From contig OZ024740.1 of NCBI GenBank assembly GCA_964016885.1, positions 404,922,001 to 404,986,000 on the forward strand: a DNA stretch of 64,000 nt. The letters are read 5' to 3'. This document shows, one piece after another, positions 38,982 through 54,811 of the stretch (position 1 is the first letter of the stretch; each line of letters begins with the position of its first letter). Source of the stretch: Eledone cirrhosa (lineage: Eukaryota). The notes below the pieces were generated by a model that was not told the DNA's origin, did not search any database, and saw nothing but the letters and a program-made list of their open reading frames with translations. The position numbers were made by a program, and so were the translations under genes.

Positions 38982-40007
38982 TTAACTGTATACTTTGTGA
39001 AAAGTTCTATGGAATTTATGCAGGCAGATAGAAAACAAATCTGAGCGTCTGTTTATTATAGAATCTAGGTTAGAGATAATGGTAAATTTTTCATTTAGGC
39101 AGAGATTACAGATTTTAGATAGAGAGCTGTTCAAGTATGAGGATGCAGAAGAAATCTTTTTCCAAAAGATGTTATATTTAATGTTTTTGTCTTTTAAGGA
39201 CCATATGAGTTCTGAGAGAGCAGTGTTAGTTCTTTTAAGTTTGTATTTGAAAGATGAATGATGATTATAGAGACGAGCTTTAAAAGAGGTGGAAGTGGAG
39301 CCAAAATAGGTGAAGGAATTGGTGCTAGTTATAATTTTACATTCATAAATTAAGTTTTTATCGAGACAATGGTTGTTGAGAGGACATTTATTTTTAATGC
39401 GGCAGTTGCAATTAGAGAGATTATTAATGAGTGACCTAGTGTTATCTATAGAAGGAATTGGATTGGAGAAGTTGTTTGCGATAAGAATAATAGGAATAAT
39501 AGTTTCTTGATTTAGAGTTGGATTATGAACATTTAGCGAAGTTGTGTTTGACGTTGTATTTGGGTTTACATAAGTTAGCCTAGGGTTTACAATGACGTCG
39601 GGAGTACTATTACTGTTATTATGAAATTCAATATTGGAAGGAAGAGATTTAGTATTTAGTATTTTATTGTGTTTAGAGATGATGTTGGAAATATTGGAGG
39701 ATGTAGAATACGAAAATTTGATGGTGTGTTTGTTAAATATTTTACTATAGATATGTGAGGGAGGGAAGCATTTATTTAAGGCACTAAAAAATAATTTAGG
39801 AATATTGTTATTAATAGAGATGGAGAAAGGAGCATTATACCAGATTATGTTTTTGTATCTAGGTCTTTTATTAAAATTATTGGAATGGTCATGATTAATT
39901 ATTCTACTGTAAGTTTTTCTAGAATTTGTTTCTTTACTATATTTGATTTTATCTGGATAGCCGGCTTTAGAAAGTGCGTTATTATAGTAATTGGCGTTAG
40001 CATCAAA
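38982..40007 (-). CDS. Naiad-type PLE C-terminal ORF (RT thumb remnant, Zn linker, GIY-YIG)
   Basis: Non-repetitive part of ORF 38982-40406. Confidence 0.85.
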   Translation of the reverse strand, partial: FDANANYYNNALSKAGYPDKIKYSKETNSRKTYSRIINHDHSNNFNKRPRYKNIIWYNAPFSISINNNIPKLFFSALNKCFPPSHIYSKIFNKHTIKFSYSTSSNISNIISKHNKILNTKSLPSNIEFHNNSNSTPDVIVNPRLTYVNPNTTSNTTSLNVHNPTLNQETIIPIILIANNFSNPIPSIDNTRSLINNLSNCNCRIKNKCPLNNHCLDKNLIYECKIITSTNSFTYFGSTSTSFKARLYNHHSSFKYKLKRTNTALSELIWSLKDKNIKYNIFWKKISSASSYLNSSLSKICNLCLNEKFTIISNLDSIINRRSDLFSICLHKFHRTFHKVYS

Positions 40008-40028
40008 GATGCTAACGCCAATTACTAT

Positions 40029-41353
40029 GTATATGTATATGTATATGTATATATATGTATATATATATGTATGTATATGTATATATATATGTATATATAT
40101 GTATATATATATGTATATATATGTATATGTATATATATATGTATATATATGTATGTATATATATATGTATATATATGTATATATATGTATATATATATGT
40201 ATGTATATGTATATGTATATATATATGTATATATATGTATATGTATATATATATGTATATATATGTATATATATATGTATATATATGTATATATATATGT
40301 ATATATATGTATATGTATATATGTATATGTATATATATGTATATGTATATGTATATATATGTATATGTATATATATATGTATATGTATATATATGTATAT
40401 GTACATATATGTATATATATGTGTATATATATGTACATATATGTATATATATGTGTATATATATGTATGTATATATATATGTATGTATATATATATGTAT
40501 GTATATATATATGTATGTATATATATGTGTATGTATATATATATGTATGTATATATATATGTATATGTATATATATATCTATGTATATGTATATGTATAT
40601 ATATATCTATATATATGTATATGTATATATCTATGTATATGTATATATCTATGTATATGTATATATATATGTATATATATGTATATATGTATATATATAT
40701 GTATATGTATATATATATGTATATATATGTATATATGTATATGTATGTATATATGTATATATATATGTATATGTATGTATATATGTATATATATATGTAT
40801 ATGTATATATATATGTATATGTATATATATATGTATATATATATGTATATATGTATATATATATATATATGTATGTATATATGTATATATATATGTATGT
40901 ATATATGTATATATATATATGTATGTATATATGTATATATATATATATGTATGTATATATGTATATATATATATATGTATGTATATATGTATATATATAT
41001 ATATGTATGTATATATGTATATATATATATATGTATGTATATATGTATATATATATATATGTATGTATATATATATATATGTATGTATGTATATATATAT
41101 ATATGTATGTATATATGTATATATATATATATGTATGTATATATGTATATATGTATGTATATATTATTATATATATGTATGTATATATGTATATATATAT
41201 ATATGTATGTATATATATATATGTATGTATATATGTATATATATATATGTATGTATATATGTATATATATATATGTATGTATATATGTATATATATATAT
41301 ATGTATGTATATATGTATATATATATATGTATGTATATATGTATATATATATG

Positions 41354-41390
<37 letters not shown>

Positions 41391-41477
41391 GTATGTATAT
41401 ATGTATATATATATATATGTATGTATATATGTATATATGTATATATATATATGTGTATATATGTATATGTATATATG

Positions 41478-41524
<47 letters not shown>

Positions 41525-41617
41525 GTATATATGTATATATATATATATGTGTATATATGTGTATATATATATATATATATGTGTATATATGTATATATAT
41601 ATATATGTGTATATATG

Positions 41618-41696
<79 letters not shown>

Positions 41697-41719
41697 GTAT
41701 ATATATATGTATATATATG

Positions 41720-41750
<31 letters not shown>

Positions 41751-41759
41751 GTATATATG

Positions 41760-41856
<97 letters not shown>

Positions 41857-41917
41857 GTATATATATATATATGTATGTATGTATGTGTATATGTATGTAT
41901 ATATATATGTATGTATG

Positions 41918-41948
<31 letters not shown>

Positions 41949-42552
41949 GTATGTGTATATATATATGTATGTATATATATATATATGTATGTATATATAT
42001 ATATATGTATGTATATATATATATGTATATATATATATATGTATGTGTATATATATATATATGTATGTATATATATATATATGTATGTATATATATATAT
42101 GTATATATATATATATGTATGTGTATATATATATATATGTATGTATATATATATATATGTATGTATATATATATATGTATGTATATATATATATATGTAT
42201 GTATATATATATGTATGTATGTATATATGTATATATATATATATGTATGTATATATGTTTATATATATGTATATATGTATGTATATATGTATATATGCAT
42301 ATATGTTTATATATATGTATATATGTTTATATATATGTTTATATATATGTATATATGTTTATATATATGTATATATGTTTATATATATGTATATATGTAT
42401 GTATATATGTATGTATATATGTATATATGTATGTATATATGTATATATGTATGTATATATGTATATATGTATGTATATATGTATGTATATATGTATGTAT
42501 ATATGTATATATGTGTATATATGTATATATGTATATATATATGTATATATAT
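40029..42552. repeat. Interrupted (TA)n microsatellite, GTATGTAT-rich
   Basis: Directly visible. Confidence 0.97.
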
Positions 42553-42678
42553 GTAGGAGGTGAGTTTTATTGTAGTACAATAAAGCAATGCAGATATCGG
42601 ATAAGAAGCACTCTACAGTTTGTGGGACTGGAGTATGCATAATATAAGATCAAAAGATGGTTAAAGGAGTTCCATATA

Positions 42679-42745
42679 TTTTATTATGCGCATTTCAAAA
42701 ACTAACATCATCAAGCAATAATATTTGTGTTTTCATCAGATAAAA
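42679..42745 (-). ncRNA. Minimal type-I hammerhead ribozyme
   Basis: Same motif as 37880-37946. Confidence 0.83.
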
Positions 42746-42870
42746 CAGGAGAACATGATATGAAGGCTAAAAAAACACTTGTTGATAGTGCAGTTTTAAA
42801 TCAACATGTTGTTGATTTAAAACTGCACTATCAACAAGTGTTTTTTTAGCCTTCATATCATGTTCTCCTG

Positions 42871-42937
42871 TTTTATCTGATGAAAACACAAATATTATTG
42901 CTTGATGATGTTTGTTTTTGAAATGCGCATAATAAAA
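42871..42937 (+). ncRNA. Minimal type-I hammerhead ribozyme
   Basis: TTTTAT CTGATGA AAACACAAATATTATT gctt GATGATGTTTGTTTTT GAAA TGCGCA TA ATAAAA. Confidence 0.87.
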
Positions 42938-42977
42938 TATATGGAACTCCTTTAACCATCTTTTGATCTTATATTAT

Positions 42978-45815
<2,838 letters not shown>

Positions 45816-46416
45816 TCACCAGTTGGTGCTACTGGTGACATGTATCCCAGTACAACCTGTCCCATGGTCGGGTCGTTGGCGACTAAACTGGCAACCCCAC
45901 CAAGGTTTCTTGGTGAGGAGGGTGACTTTGGACATCCTGCAGGACTAAAAACAAAACCTGTCAAAGGGCAAAGGAGCTCTTAAGAGTCAATGGCCATCCA
46001 AAATCACCGGGAGAGATGACCCCTTAGCCTTTGTCAAGGCAGAATTCTAGGAGAAGGAAAACTCTGATATAACACCTGCAACCCTGATGGTATCCAATGA
46101 TGTTGACTTGTTCTTCTTTTTGGTAAATATCATCTTGGTTAAGAGAGTGGGACTGGCTTTGTGCAGTGCCTTTGCTCACTATAAAAGCTTCACGGCACAG
46201 GCATTGCTTTATATCTGGAGATCTCTCTGCACTTGTCGTCACATGGTACCATGGGCCCAGCACTATGTGTCAGTAATTGTCACAAGTGTAGTGTTTGTAC
46301 CAGAGTTTTCAAGTCGCTGGCTGACTAAAAAGTCACACTCGTTCAGCGCATCGGTAGGGGTTCTCCTACATGGATATAAAGTAGTGGCCGTACTCGAAAA
46401 CGAGTTGGCAGCCACC
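45816..46416 (+). mobile_element. ~600-bp non-coding retroposon with an RTE-type 5'UTR motif, copy 1
   Basis: Second copy at 59.3-59.8 kb has an identical 3' end. Contains CTAGGAGAAGGAAAACTCTGA, which I recall from RTE 5'UTRs. 3' hairpin ACTCG-AAAA-CGAGT. Confidence 0.7.
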
Positions 46417-46787
46417 ATGTATATATATATATATGTATGTATATATGTATGTATATATATATGTATGTATATATATATATATGTATGTATATATATATGT
46501 ATATATGTATGTATATATATATATATGTATGTATATATATATGTATATATGTATGTATATATATATGTATATATATATGTATATATATATGTATATATGT
46601 ATGTATATATGTATGTATATATATATGTATATATATATGTATATATATATGTATATATGTATGTATATATATATGTATATATATATGTATATATATATGT
46701 ATATATGTATGTATATATGTATGTATATATGTATGTATATATGTATGTATATATATATGTATATATATATGTATATATATATGTATA

Positions 46788-46823
<36 letters not shown>

Positions 46824-46988
46824 TGTATGTATGTATGTATGTATGTATGTATATGTATGCTAGGGAAAGGATCAGGGGTGTATAACACTCCACTTATCCA
46901 GCAGGCAGTATGAGGTTAGCTCAATGTCTGAGGACAGAGCCGTAATATAATAAATAAATAACAAAGAACGCTTATAGCATATGCATAT

Positions 46989-47046
46989 CTTTACTTGCTA
47001 ACATTGTTTCATCCGCACTATAAGTGGGACTCATCAGAGCATAAAG
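46989..47046 (-). ncRNA. Minimal type-I hammerhead ribozyme
   Basis: CUUUAUGCU-CUGAUGA-GUCCCAC uuaua GUGcGGAU-GAAA-CAAUG-UU-AGCAagUAAAG. Confidence 0.8.
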
Positions 47047-47637
47047 GTTAATTACATACCATACAAGCAATAACAAATCCAAGACATTGAAGAATGAAAG
47101 GTAATAATAGACGATAGAGGATAAGAATAAAAATAAAAATAAAAATAAAAGTAAAAATAAAAATAAAAATAAGGGGTGCTATCAGTCACAGTTGGGCGGT
47201 GTGCTGTCAACATATAGTTACATACAAGCATACACATGGATAAGAGAACAGACAAGAGTAGACACATGGATAAGAGAACAGACAAGAGTAGATAAGATAA
47301 TGGGATTAGGTAAGAGTAGGTAAAAATAGGTAAAAAATAGGTAAAAAACAGACTTATAATATATATAAAAAGAAATACAAAGAAATACATAACAAACTTA
47401 CATATAAAATATAAAATATAGGGTAAGGAATGAGATAAAATAATATAAAATTAAAAATTAAAAATTATATACATAGAACATAATATAGTATAATCGTAAA
47501 ATAAGATAAAATAAGGTAAACTAAAATCAAATAACATAGACTAAATTAAAATAATATAATATAAGATATAATTAAAATCAAATGTATAATTATAATTATA
47601 TGTATAATTAAATGTAATTAAATGTAAATAAATGTAA

Positions 47638-47677
<40 letters not shown>

Positions 47678-47844
47678 GAATTAAATAAATAAATAAAATT
47701 AAATTTTAAAATTTAAATATAAATAAATAAATAAATAAATAAATAAATGGAGTCAAGTAAGTAAATAAATAAAATTAGATAACATGAAATGAAATAAAAT
47801 AAAATGAAATAAAGTAAATTGAGATAAGATATATATTTTTTTAG

Positions 47845-48220
47845 AATATATCTCTTGAATATATCAGGGGCCCACGAAGGCACTAAATGTCACAGTTATG
47901 TGTATCACTTGACCAATTTTTTAAAATATATTTCTTGAGAACATCAGGGGCCCACGAAGGCACTAAGTGTCACAGTCACCAGTATCACTTGACCATTGCA
48001 AGGCAATGGAGGCGTCCCAGGTTGGGCAGTCTCGAAAGTTCACTCGAAAGTCATGGGTGTGCATTCACACAGTTGAGCGGTGGGGTAATCACAAACCGGT
48101 TCACACACCAATTTTTAAAAAAATATATTTCTTGAAAACATCAGGGGCCCACGAAGGCACTAAGTGTCACAGTCACCAGTATCACTCGAGCGGTGGGGTA
48201 ATCACAAACCGGTTCACACA
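47845..48220. repeat. Internal direct repeats (3x ~65 bp ATCAGGGGCCCACGAAGGCACTAA unit; 2x GAGCGGTGGGGTAATCACAAACCGGTTCACAC)
   Basis: Directly visible. Confidence 0.85.
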
Positions 48221-48799
48221 CAGGCAGGAGTCAAATGGTCAGAGAGGTGCATCAAAGGAGGTAGAAGAATTCACATGCATTAGCAGGCGAGGTGAGGTTA
48301 AAGCAAGCAGATACAGTTGTAGCGCATACAAAATATATATAAAAAGACAGAAGATATATATAAAAAGCCATTAAGTCACCGCATTGGGACATCACAAGAT
48401 TGTACACATCAATATGTTCAGCACGTATATGCACGTATACACACCACATGCATATGCAGAGACGGTATACATATATATATATATATCTTTTATATATACA
48501 CACAGACACATATAACCACCTACACCCATACACATATAAATGTATACACGGGCACACACGCACACACACACACACAGCGTAGGACACCCGGGTCAAAGCC
48601 GATATTAAATACGATATTAGATACGATATTAAACACCGAAATACCACATTAGACCAGACCCACCACCACAGGTAATATATTCAAAACAAATACATACGAT
48701 GAGATGTATTAAAATAAAGTTGAAATCCTACGGAGATATTCATGTCTGCACGTGCCATTGACCGATTCGAGTGTACACTATTCAATGTATATATGTATG

Positions 48800-48830
<31 letters not shown>

Positions 48831-48909
48831 GTATACTCTTTTACTCTTTTACCTGTTTCAGCCATCCGGCTGAGGCCATGCTGGGGCACCGCCCTTGTTG
48901 CTACACATT

Positions 48910-51900
48910 TTATCTCCAGCCTGTATAGGTTGGCCACTGGTGTAGGAGGGAGTTTGTTGCTGCTGCCCTTAGGTTTCCCTCGTGTCTTGCTGTGGGCTCA
49001 TCCGGGATCCTGGATAACAAGGTGTCGAGATGTTTCTTAAAGACATCCACCTCCACGTCATGCAAGTCTCGCAGATGCCTCGGCAGCCTGTTGAAGAGTT
49101 GAGGGCCCTTGAATCCCAGGCTATTGCAATACCTGCTCCTTATTCTAGATGTGGAAGACGGGACCTTTGGCACCACACAGTGACGTCCTGTTCGACGGTT
49201 GGTCCAGCTCCCAATGCCAAAGTTTGGTGCTAGTCCCTCCAGGATTTTCCACATGTAGATCACTGCGTATCTCTCCCGTCTTCGCTCCAAGGAGTAGAGG
49301 TTCAGTTCCTTCAGCCTCTTCCAGTAGCTTGTCTCCCTCATCTTGGCAATCCTCTTGGTGTAGCTTCGCTGGATTGCCTCAAGCTCTGTGGTTAGTTTGA
49401 CACTATGGGGTGACCACAGCTGGGAGCAGTAGTCCAGGCGGCTTAGGACAAAAGTCCTCCACAGTGTCAACATGGTGTCTCGATCTCTTGTAAGGAAAGT
49501 CCTCAAGATCCAGCCAGCGAATCGTCTACATGCTGTCACCACCTTCATGATGTGAAGAAAAAGATGCATCATCGCTCATGTCTATGCCCAGGTCTCGTAT
49601 CGATTTTGACACGGGGATATCGGTCCCTCCTGGTCCTGTGTAGCTGTGTTCCGCTATATTTGTGTTTGTGTTTGCAGGTTTGTATTGTAGGGCTTGGAAT
49701 TTGCCAGCATTAAACTGCATGTTGTTTTCTTCCGCCCATCTGTATATGGCATCCAGATCCTGCTGTAAGAGGGCAGCGTCAGCCGGGTTTTTGATTGCCT
49801 GTGCTACCTTAGTGTCATCAGCATAGCTAGTGAGGGATGTTGTTGCATGCACCACAGAGGGCATGTCCGAGAGAGCCACCAAAAACAGTAGTGGTCCCAG
49901 GACTGTCCCCTGAGGCACCCCACTTGTTATCGGTGTTTCCCTCGAGAGGGCCCCATTTGCTGCGACTGCCTGGCTTCTGTCCCTTAGGAAGCCATGCAGC
50001 CACTCACCTACTTTTCCAGTTATGCCGAGTCCGTGTAGTTTGTGACATATCATTCCGTGGTCGACCTTGTCAAAGGCCTTCGCAAAGTCAAGATATATCA
50101 CGTCTACATGTGAGCTGTCTAGTTGTTGTCTCAGTACCCAGTCGTAGTGATGTAGCAGCTGTGTAAGGCATCTTCTTCCTGGGCGGAAGCCATGTTGCGT
50201 GCTAGTCAGGCGGTCATTTTCTTCGAGGAAAGTGATTAGTTTCTTTCTGACGACTCGCTCCATGACCTTACTGATATGCGACGTCAGGGAGACTGGCCTA
50301 TAGTTCTTGGCCTCCGCTCTACTACCTCCTTTATGGATAGGGCATATTGTGCCTTCTTTCAGCTCCCTGGGTAGTACACCGCTAGCCAAGGAGCTTCTGA
50401 AGAGCATCTTCAGTGGAGTTGCTAAGGCCCGCTTACATATTTTTAGGAGAACTGCTGGGTATCCATCAGGTCCAGCAGCCGAGTCTGTTCTAATTTCATC
50501 AATGGCGTACACCACATCCTCCTCCGTTATGTCTATGTGGTTGATGGTTGCCATTTCTTGATGTAGTGTTGTGGCATCAAAGAACTCCTCTGGCTTCGTT
50601 ATTTGCATGTGCCTCAGTGGACATGTGAAGACACTTTTGTACTGTTCGTTCAGTATTTCACATATCTCTTGGGGATTTTCGGTTAATGAACCGTCCGTGT
50701 GGAAGAGTAGTCCAATCTTGCAGTGTACTGAGGCAGTTTCTTTTGCAAATTTAAAGAAGGCCTTAGGGTTTGTTTTAATGTTTTCTATGGCCCTGTTCTC
50801 TTTCCTTGCCCTCTCATTCTCATGTGAAATCTTGAGTGCAATCTCGGTGTCAAGTAGTGCACGTTTCAAATAGGATTCCTTCTTGTTTTGGTTTTGTTGA
50901 CTATTCAACTGGTTTGAGAGTTTAGTTCTACGTCTCATAAGGATTTTCCTATCTCTGGGAATAAGATTTTTGTGTCTGTTTGCCTCTTTCTCCGGGACAC
51001 ACTTTTTGCATATGGTGTGTATCGTTGTCATGAAGTGTTGAAATTGTGTGTTAGTGTCTTGTGTGGCGATGTTTGCACTCCATGTTTGCTTCCGGATTTC
51101 ACTCTTAATCTTTTTCCAGTCAGCCCCGTAGAAGTTAAGGCTGGATAGCGTCCCGGAGCTTCTTGGTGGTTTTGTCTCTGTTGGTTCTCTTGGACCACAT
51201 ATCATTAGCTCTACCAAGTTATGATCCGAGAGAATTGTTGGTGTCACCTTTACATTGTGGATGAGCACTTCGTTGTTTGTAAAACGGAGGTCCAGGACAT
51301 TTTCGCCTCTTGTTGGGAGGAGTATTGCTTGCTCCATGAACAGCCTGTGTGTGAGGGCCAGCAGGGATTCCGTCTGTCTCTGTTCTATTGACGTCATTCC
51401 AGGGAGGAGGTGGCCCTCAGGCCATTTGACCTTTGGTAGGTTGAAGTCTCCCAGCAGTAGGATGTTGAGACCCTGGTCCAGTTTGTCAAGGACCTCTTCT
51501 ATCCTACTTAGGCTATCCTCAAATTTACCCTCATGACTGGGGGCATCGGGCGGCCGATATGTGACACATATTACCGTCTGTAGTTGCTTCATATGTATTA
51601 TCAGTGTGTCACAGACTGAGTTTGAATGTGTCAACAGTACAATTGGTGTGACATCTTCACGGATATACAGAGCAACCCCACCATGAGTTCTCTCCTTCCT
51701 GTCCGAACGAAATACAGTATATTTCGGGATATGTATTTCTGCATCTGCTATACTGCTTGTCAGGTGCGTTTCGGTTAGTGCCATGCATAGTGCTTCATTG
51801 CTTATGGCTAAGTCTCCCAGGTAGGAAATTTTACTCATGTTGCTGAATTTCACCAGGCCCCTGACATTCAGCAGCAGCACTGGTGTGACTTTTGGGGTGC

Positions 51901-51949
51901 CAGTAATGGCTGTCGGTATGACACCTGGTCTGGTGTCAGCGGCGGCCAC
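48910..51949 (-). pseudogene. ORF2 (APE-RT) with one 2-bp deletion near 49553
   Basis: ORFs 49526-51949 and 48910-49572 join to match the + copy protein. Confidence 0.9.
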
Positions 51950-52761
51950 TCTGGGTCCCTTAACTGCGGTGGTCTCGAGTGCTGGTGTGGATGACCCTGG
52001 CTCTGGAGACGATGCAGCCAGGTCAGCTGTCCCACAATCTTCTCTACCATCACTAAAAAATTTTTCTGATCTGCTGCTGCCATCTGTATCTCGTCGGCAT
52101 GTGCGTGCCTTCTCCTTGTTGGTGCAGCACGCGCGACATCAGCATACTTCTGGAGCGGCTTATTTCGGCTTAGGCTGGGGCATGTTGCGCGAGTATGATG
52201 GGCATAGTTCGTTTGAGACCTAGGGTGGGCGAATCTGCATCCCATCCCTGTCTCTCCATGCCAGCATGTCCCGTTCTTGAAAAACTTGCACATTACTTGG
52301 GGTTTTTTGCTCCCAGTGTCTCGGTGCTTTCTGTTCTTTCTTTGAACAGTTGTCCACTGATCCCTCTGCGCTTGGTTCTCCTTCGGAAGGTGATTTCGCT
52401 TTTCACCTTTGCCCTTAGCTTGTTGGTTGCCCGGCCTGCCCTCCCTGCCTGTAGCGGAGGGTATATCATTTTCTTTCAGGTCCGTGCTTGTGCTCTCCTC
52501 CTTTTCTTTTTCTTTTTCCTCTTCCTTTTCCCTCTCCTTCTCCTCATCCCTCCCTTCGGTTTTCTCCTCCCTGAGGACACGGCTTAGCATCGCCATATGA
52601 GGCGCTATGAGGACATACGCCTTCTCAATTTCTTTTCTCTTTCTCTCTATCTGTACCAGGGTCCTCAGAAACCCATGGCTCTTCAGGTTCTCCGCCATCT
52701 TTTTGCTTGGTGGAGACCCATCAGCCATAGTCCACCCCTTGATCGAAACCGCTAGTTCCAT
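51868..52761 (-). CDS. LINE ORF1: charged/coiled-coil-like region plus CCCH zinc finger
   Basis: 297 aa upstream of and overlapping ORF2; [23 protein letters not shown]. Confidence 0.82.
   Translation of the reverse strand: MELAVSIKGWTMADGSPPSKKMAENLKSHGFLRTLVQIERKRKEIEKAYVLIAPHMAMLSRVLREEKTEGRDEEKEREKEEEKEKEKEESTSTDLKENDIPSATGREGRPGNQQAKGKGEKRNHLPKENQAQRDQWTTVQRKNRKHRDTGSKKPQVMCKFFKNGTCWHGETGMGCRFAHPRSQTNYAHHTRATCPSLSRNKPLQKYADVARAAPTRRRHAHADEIQMAAADQKNFLVMVEKIVGQLTWLHRLQSQGHPHQHSRPPQLRDPEWPPLTPDQVSYRQPLLAPQKSHQCCC
52054..52060 (-). promoter_or_regulatory. Candidate -1 ribosomal frameshift heptamer U_UUU_UUA
   Basis: ORF1 codons AAA AAT TTT TTA; the -1 frame is the ORF2 frame and is open from here into the APE. 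Confidence 0.6.
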
Positions 52762-53048
52762 CTTCGACCAGTTTCATTGACTCCTGATTTCACATTTTTC
52801 CTGCATGCAGTCCATTTCGCTGTGGAGGGCAGAAAGAGAGACAGTGGGAAGTGTAGGGTAGAGGTTAGAGAGGGACAGAGTGAGGGAGGGAGATAGAGAT
52901 ATAACTCCAGCGAGAGAAAAAGAAAGAGAAACAGAAGAAAAGAAAAGAAAAGGGGGAGACAGAAGAGGGGAGCGAGAGAGATAGCGGGAAGAGTGGGGGG
53001 GGGGGGGGAGGTCAGAGAGAGAGAGAGAGAGAGAGAGCAACAGCAGTT

Positions 53049-53089
<41 letters not shown>

Positions 53090-53304
53090 ATATATATATA
53101 TATGTGTATATATATATATATATGTGTATATATATATATATATGTGTATATATATATATATATGTGTGTATATATATATGTGTGTGTGTATATATATATG
53201 TGTGTGTGTATATATATATGTGTGTGTGTGTGTATATATATATGTGTGTGTGTGTGTATATATATATGTGTGTGTGTGTATATATATATATATGTGTGTG
53301 TGTG

Positions 53305-53338
<34 letters not shown>

Positions 53339-53340
53339 AT

Positions 53341-54722
53341 GTAGGAGGTGAGTTTTATTGTAGTACAATAAAGCAATGCAGATATCGGATAAGAACACTC
53401 TACAGTTTGTAGGACTGGAGTATACATAATATATAAGATCAAAAGATGGTTAAAGGAGTTCCATGTATTTTATTATGCGCATTTCAAAAACAAACATCAT
53501 CATGCAATAATATGTGTTTTCATCAGATAAAACAGGACATGATATGAAGGCTAAAAAACATTTGTGGATAGTGCAGTTTTAAATCAACATATGAAAAGTA
53601 GTTTTAGATTGATGTGTGATATTGGGAAAAATATTTTATTTAGAGAGGGGGGTGGGGTGGAAAGGATGAAAAAAGGGGAGGAGATGAGAGTGAAGGTGGA
53701 GAGGGAGAGATGGGTGATAGAGAGAAAGAGATAGTTTTTATAACTGAGAGAAGATATATTGTTTTACATAGAGAGGTTGAAAACCGTTGGCAGATAATGT
53801 ATAAATTAAAAGAATTTGAAAATTAACGAAGGGAAAAATATGTACGAGGAAAGAGAGGGAGTTGATATGTATTGAGATTAAAAAGTTTGAAGATAGAGAG
53901 AAAAAATAATAATTGCGGATGAATATTCTAACGTCAAAAAAAAGGTGTATGTTTATAAGTATTATGGCAATTTCAAAATTAACGAAGAGAAAGAAAAAAT
54001 TTTTAAGGTTTGTATATTGAAGGAATTGATAATATGTGCGAAGAAAGAGTTAATATGTATTAAAAAATTATTAAGGTTTGTGTATTGGAGGATTTGATAA
54101 TATGTGCGAAGAAAGAGTTAATATGTATTAAGAATGATGGGGAGAAAAAAATAATAAATTAAGGATAAATATTCAAGCATCAAAAGAAGGAGAGGGAGTT
54201 ATTGTATTGAGATTAAAAAGTTTGATGATGGAGAGAAGAAATAATAATAATTGCGGATGAATATTCTAACGTCAAAAAAACAGATGTATATGTTATGAAG
54301 GATTTTACAAGGTGAAGATAGAATGAGGGTAATGAGTAAACAAGTATTATAGAGTGTATAATGCCCTTTGAAGTAAGGTAGGAAGATGGGTATATTTTAA
54401 AGAGGTGTATGCCTTTGAGAAAAGATTCTAAATTGATAAAGAATTGAATATTAGCTGTATACTTTGTGAAAAGTCCTATGGAATTTATGCAAGCAGATAG
54501 AAAACAAATCTGTACGTCTATTTATTATAGAATCTAGATTAGAGATAATGGTAAATTTTTCATTTAGGCAGAGATTACAGATTTTAGATAGAGAGCTGTT
54601 CAAGTATGAGGACGCAGAAGAAACCTTCTTCCAAAAGATGGTATATTTAATGTTTTTCTCTTTCAAGGACCATATGAGTTCTGAGAGAGCCGTGTTGGTT
54701 CTTTTAAGTTTGTATTTAAAAG
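53341..54722 (-). mobile_element. Naiad-type PLE, 5'-truncated, with 3' tail
   Basis: Homologous to 37841-39255 plus the ~85-bp tail seen at 42553. Confidence 0.88.
53468..53532 (-). ncRNA. Minimal type-I hammerhead ribozyme
   Basis: Same motif as 37880-37946 with a 2-nt deletion in stem II. Confidence 0.82.
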
Positions 54723-54723
54723 A
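54451..54723 (-). CDS. C-terminal fragment of Naiad-type GIY-YIG ORF
   Basis: [14 protein letters not shown]...CNLCLNEK...[14 protein letters not shown]. Confidence 0.8.
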   Translation of the reverse strand, partial: SFKYKLKRTNTALSELIWSLKEKNIKYTIFWKKVSSASSYLNSSLSKICNLCLNEKFTIISNLDSIINRRTDLFSICLHKFHRTFHKVYS

Positions 54724-54758
54724 TATATATATATAAACACATATATATATATATATAT

Positions 54759-54811
<53 letters not shown>

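Larger units (their letters stand above)
37841..40028 (-). mobile_element. Naiad-type Penelope-like element, 5'-truncated
   Basis: [12 protein letters not shown]...CPL...C linker, LIY...YFGST GIY-YIG, C-terminal CxLCLxEK...NRR...CxH; 1.1 kb 3'UTR with hammerhead; (TA)n flanks. Confidence 0.88.
42553..42977. mobile_element. Naiad-type PLE 3' end folded into a palindrome (tail + pLTR end + inverted pLTR end)
   Basis: 42640-42806 is the reverse complement of 42810-42976; sequence matches 37841-38007 and 53341-53590. Confidence 0.9.
46859..48785 (-). mobile_element. Probable third PLE family: long non-coding 3'UTR/pLTR
   Basis: Hammerhead ~130 nt from the end; same tail / TAATATA / hammerhead layout as the Naiad-type ends; internal repeats; (TA)n flanks; no clear ORF. 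Confidence 0.6.
48835..53050 (-). mobile_element. CR1/L2-group LINE family A, apparently full length
   Basis: Pyrimidine-rich 5'UTR, ORF1, ORF2, 3' stem-loop and (AAAAGAGT)2 tail; near-identical to 24835-27859. Confidence 0.93.

Noticed and set aside
38982-40007. Selenocysteine recoding, as known for some Naiads
   Set aside because: No in-frame TGA in the preserved ORF; the Cys positions are ordinary Cys codons; the 5' part is missing and cannot be judged.
48690-48785. Possible last codons of a GIY-YIG ORF (LN...) on the - strand
   Set aside because: Only two suggestive residues; not supportable.
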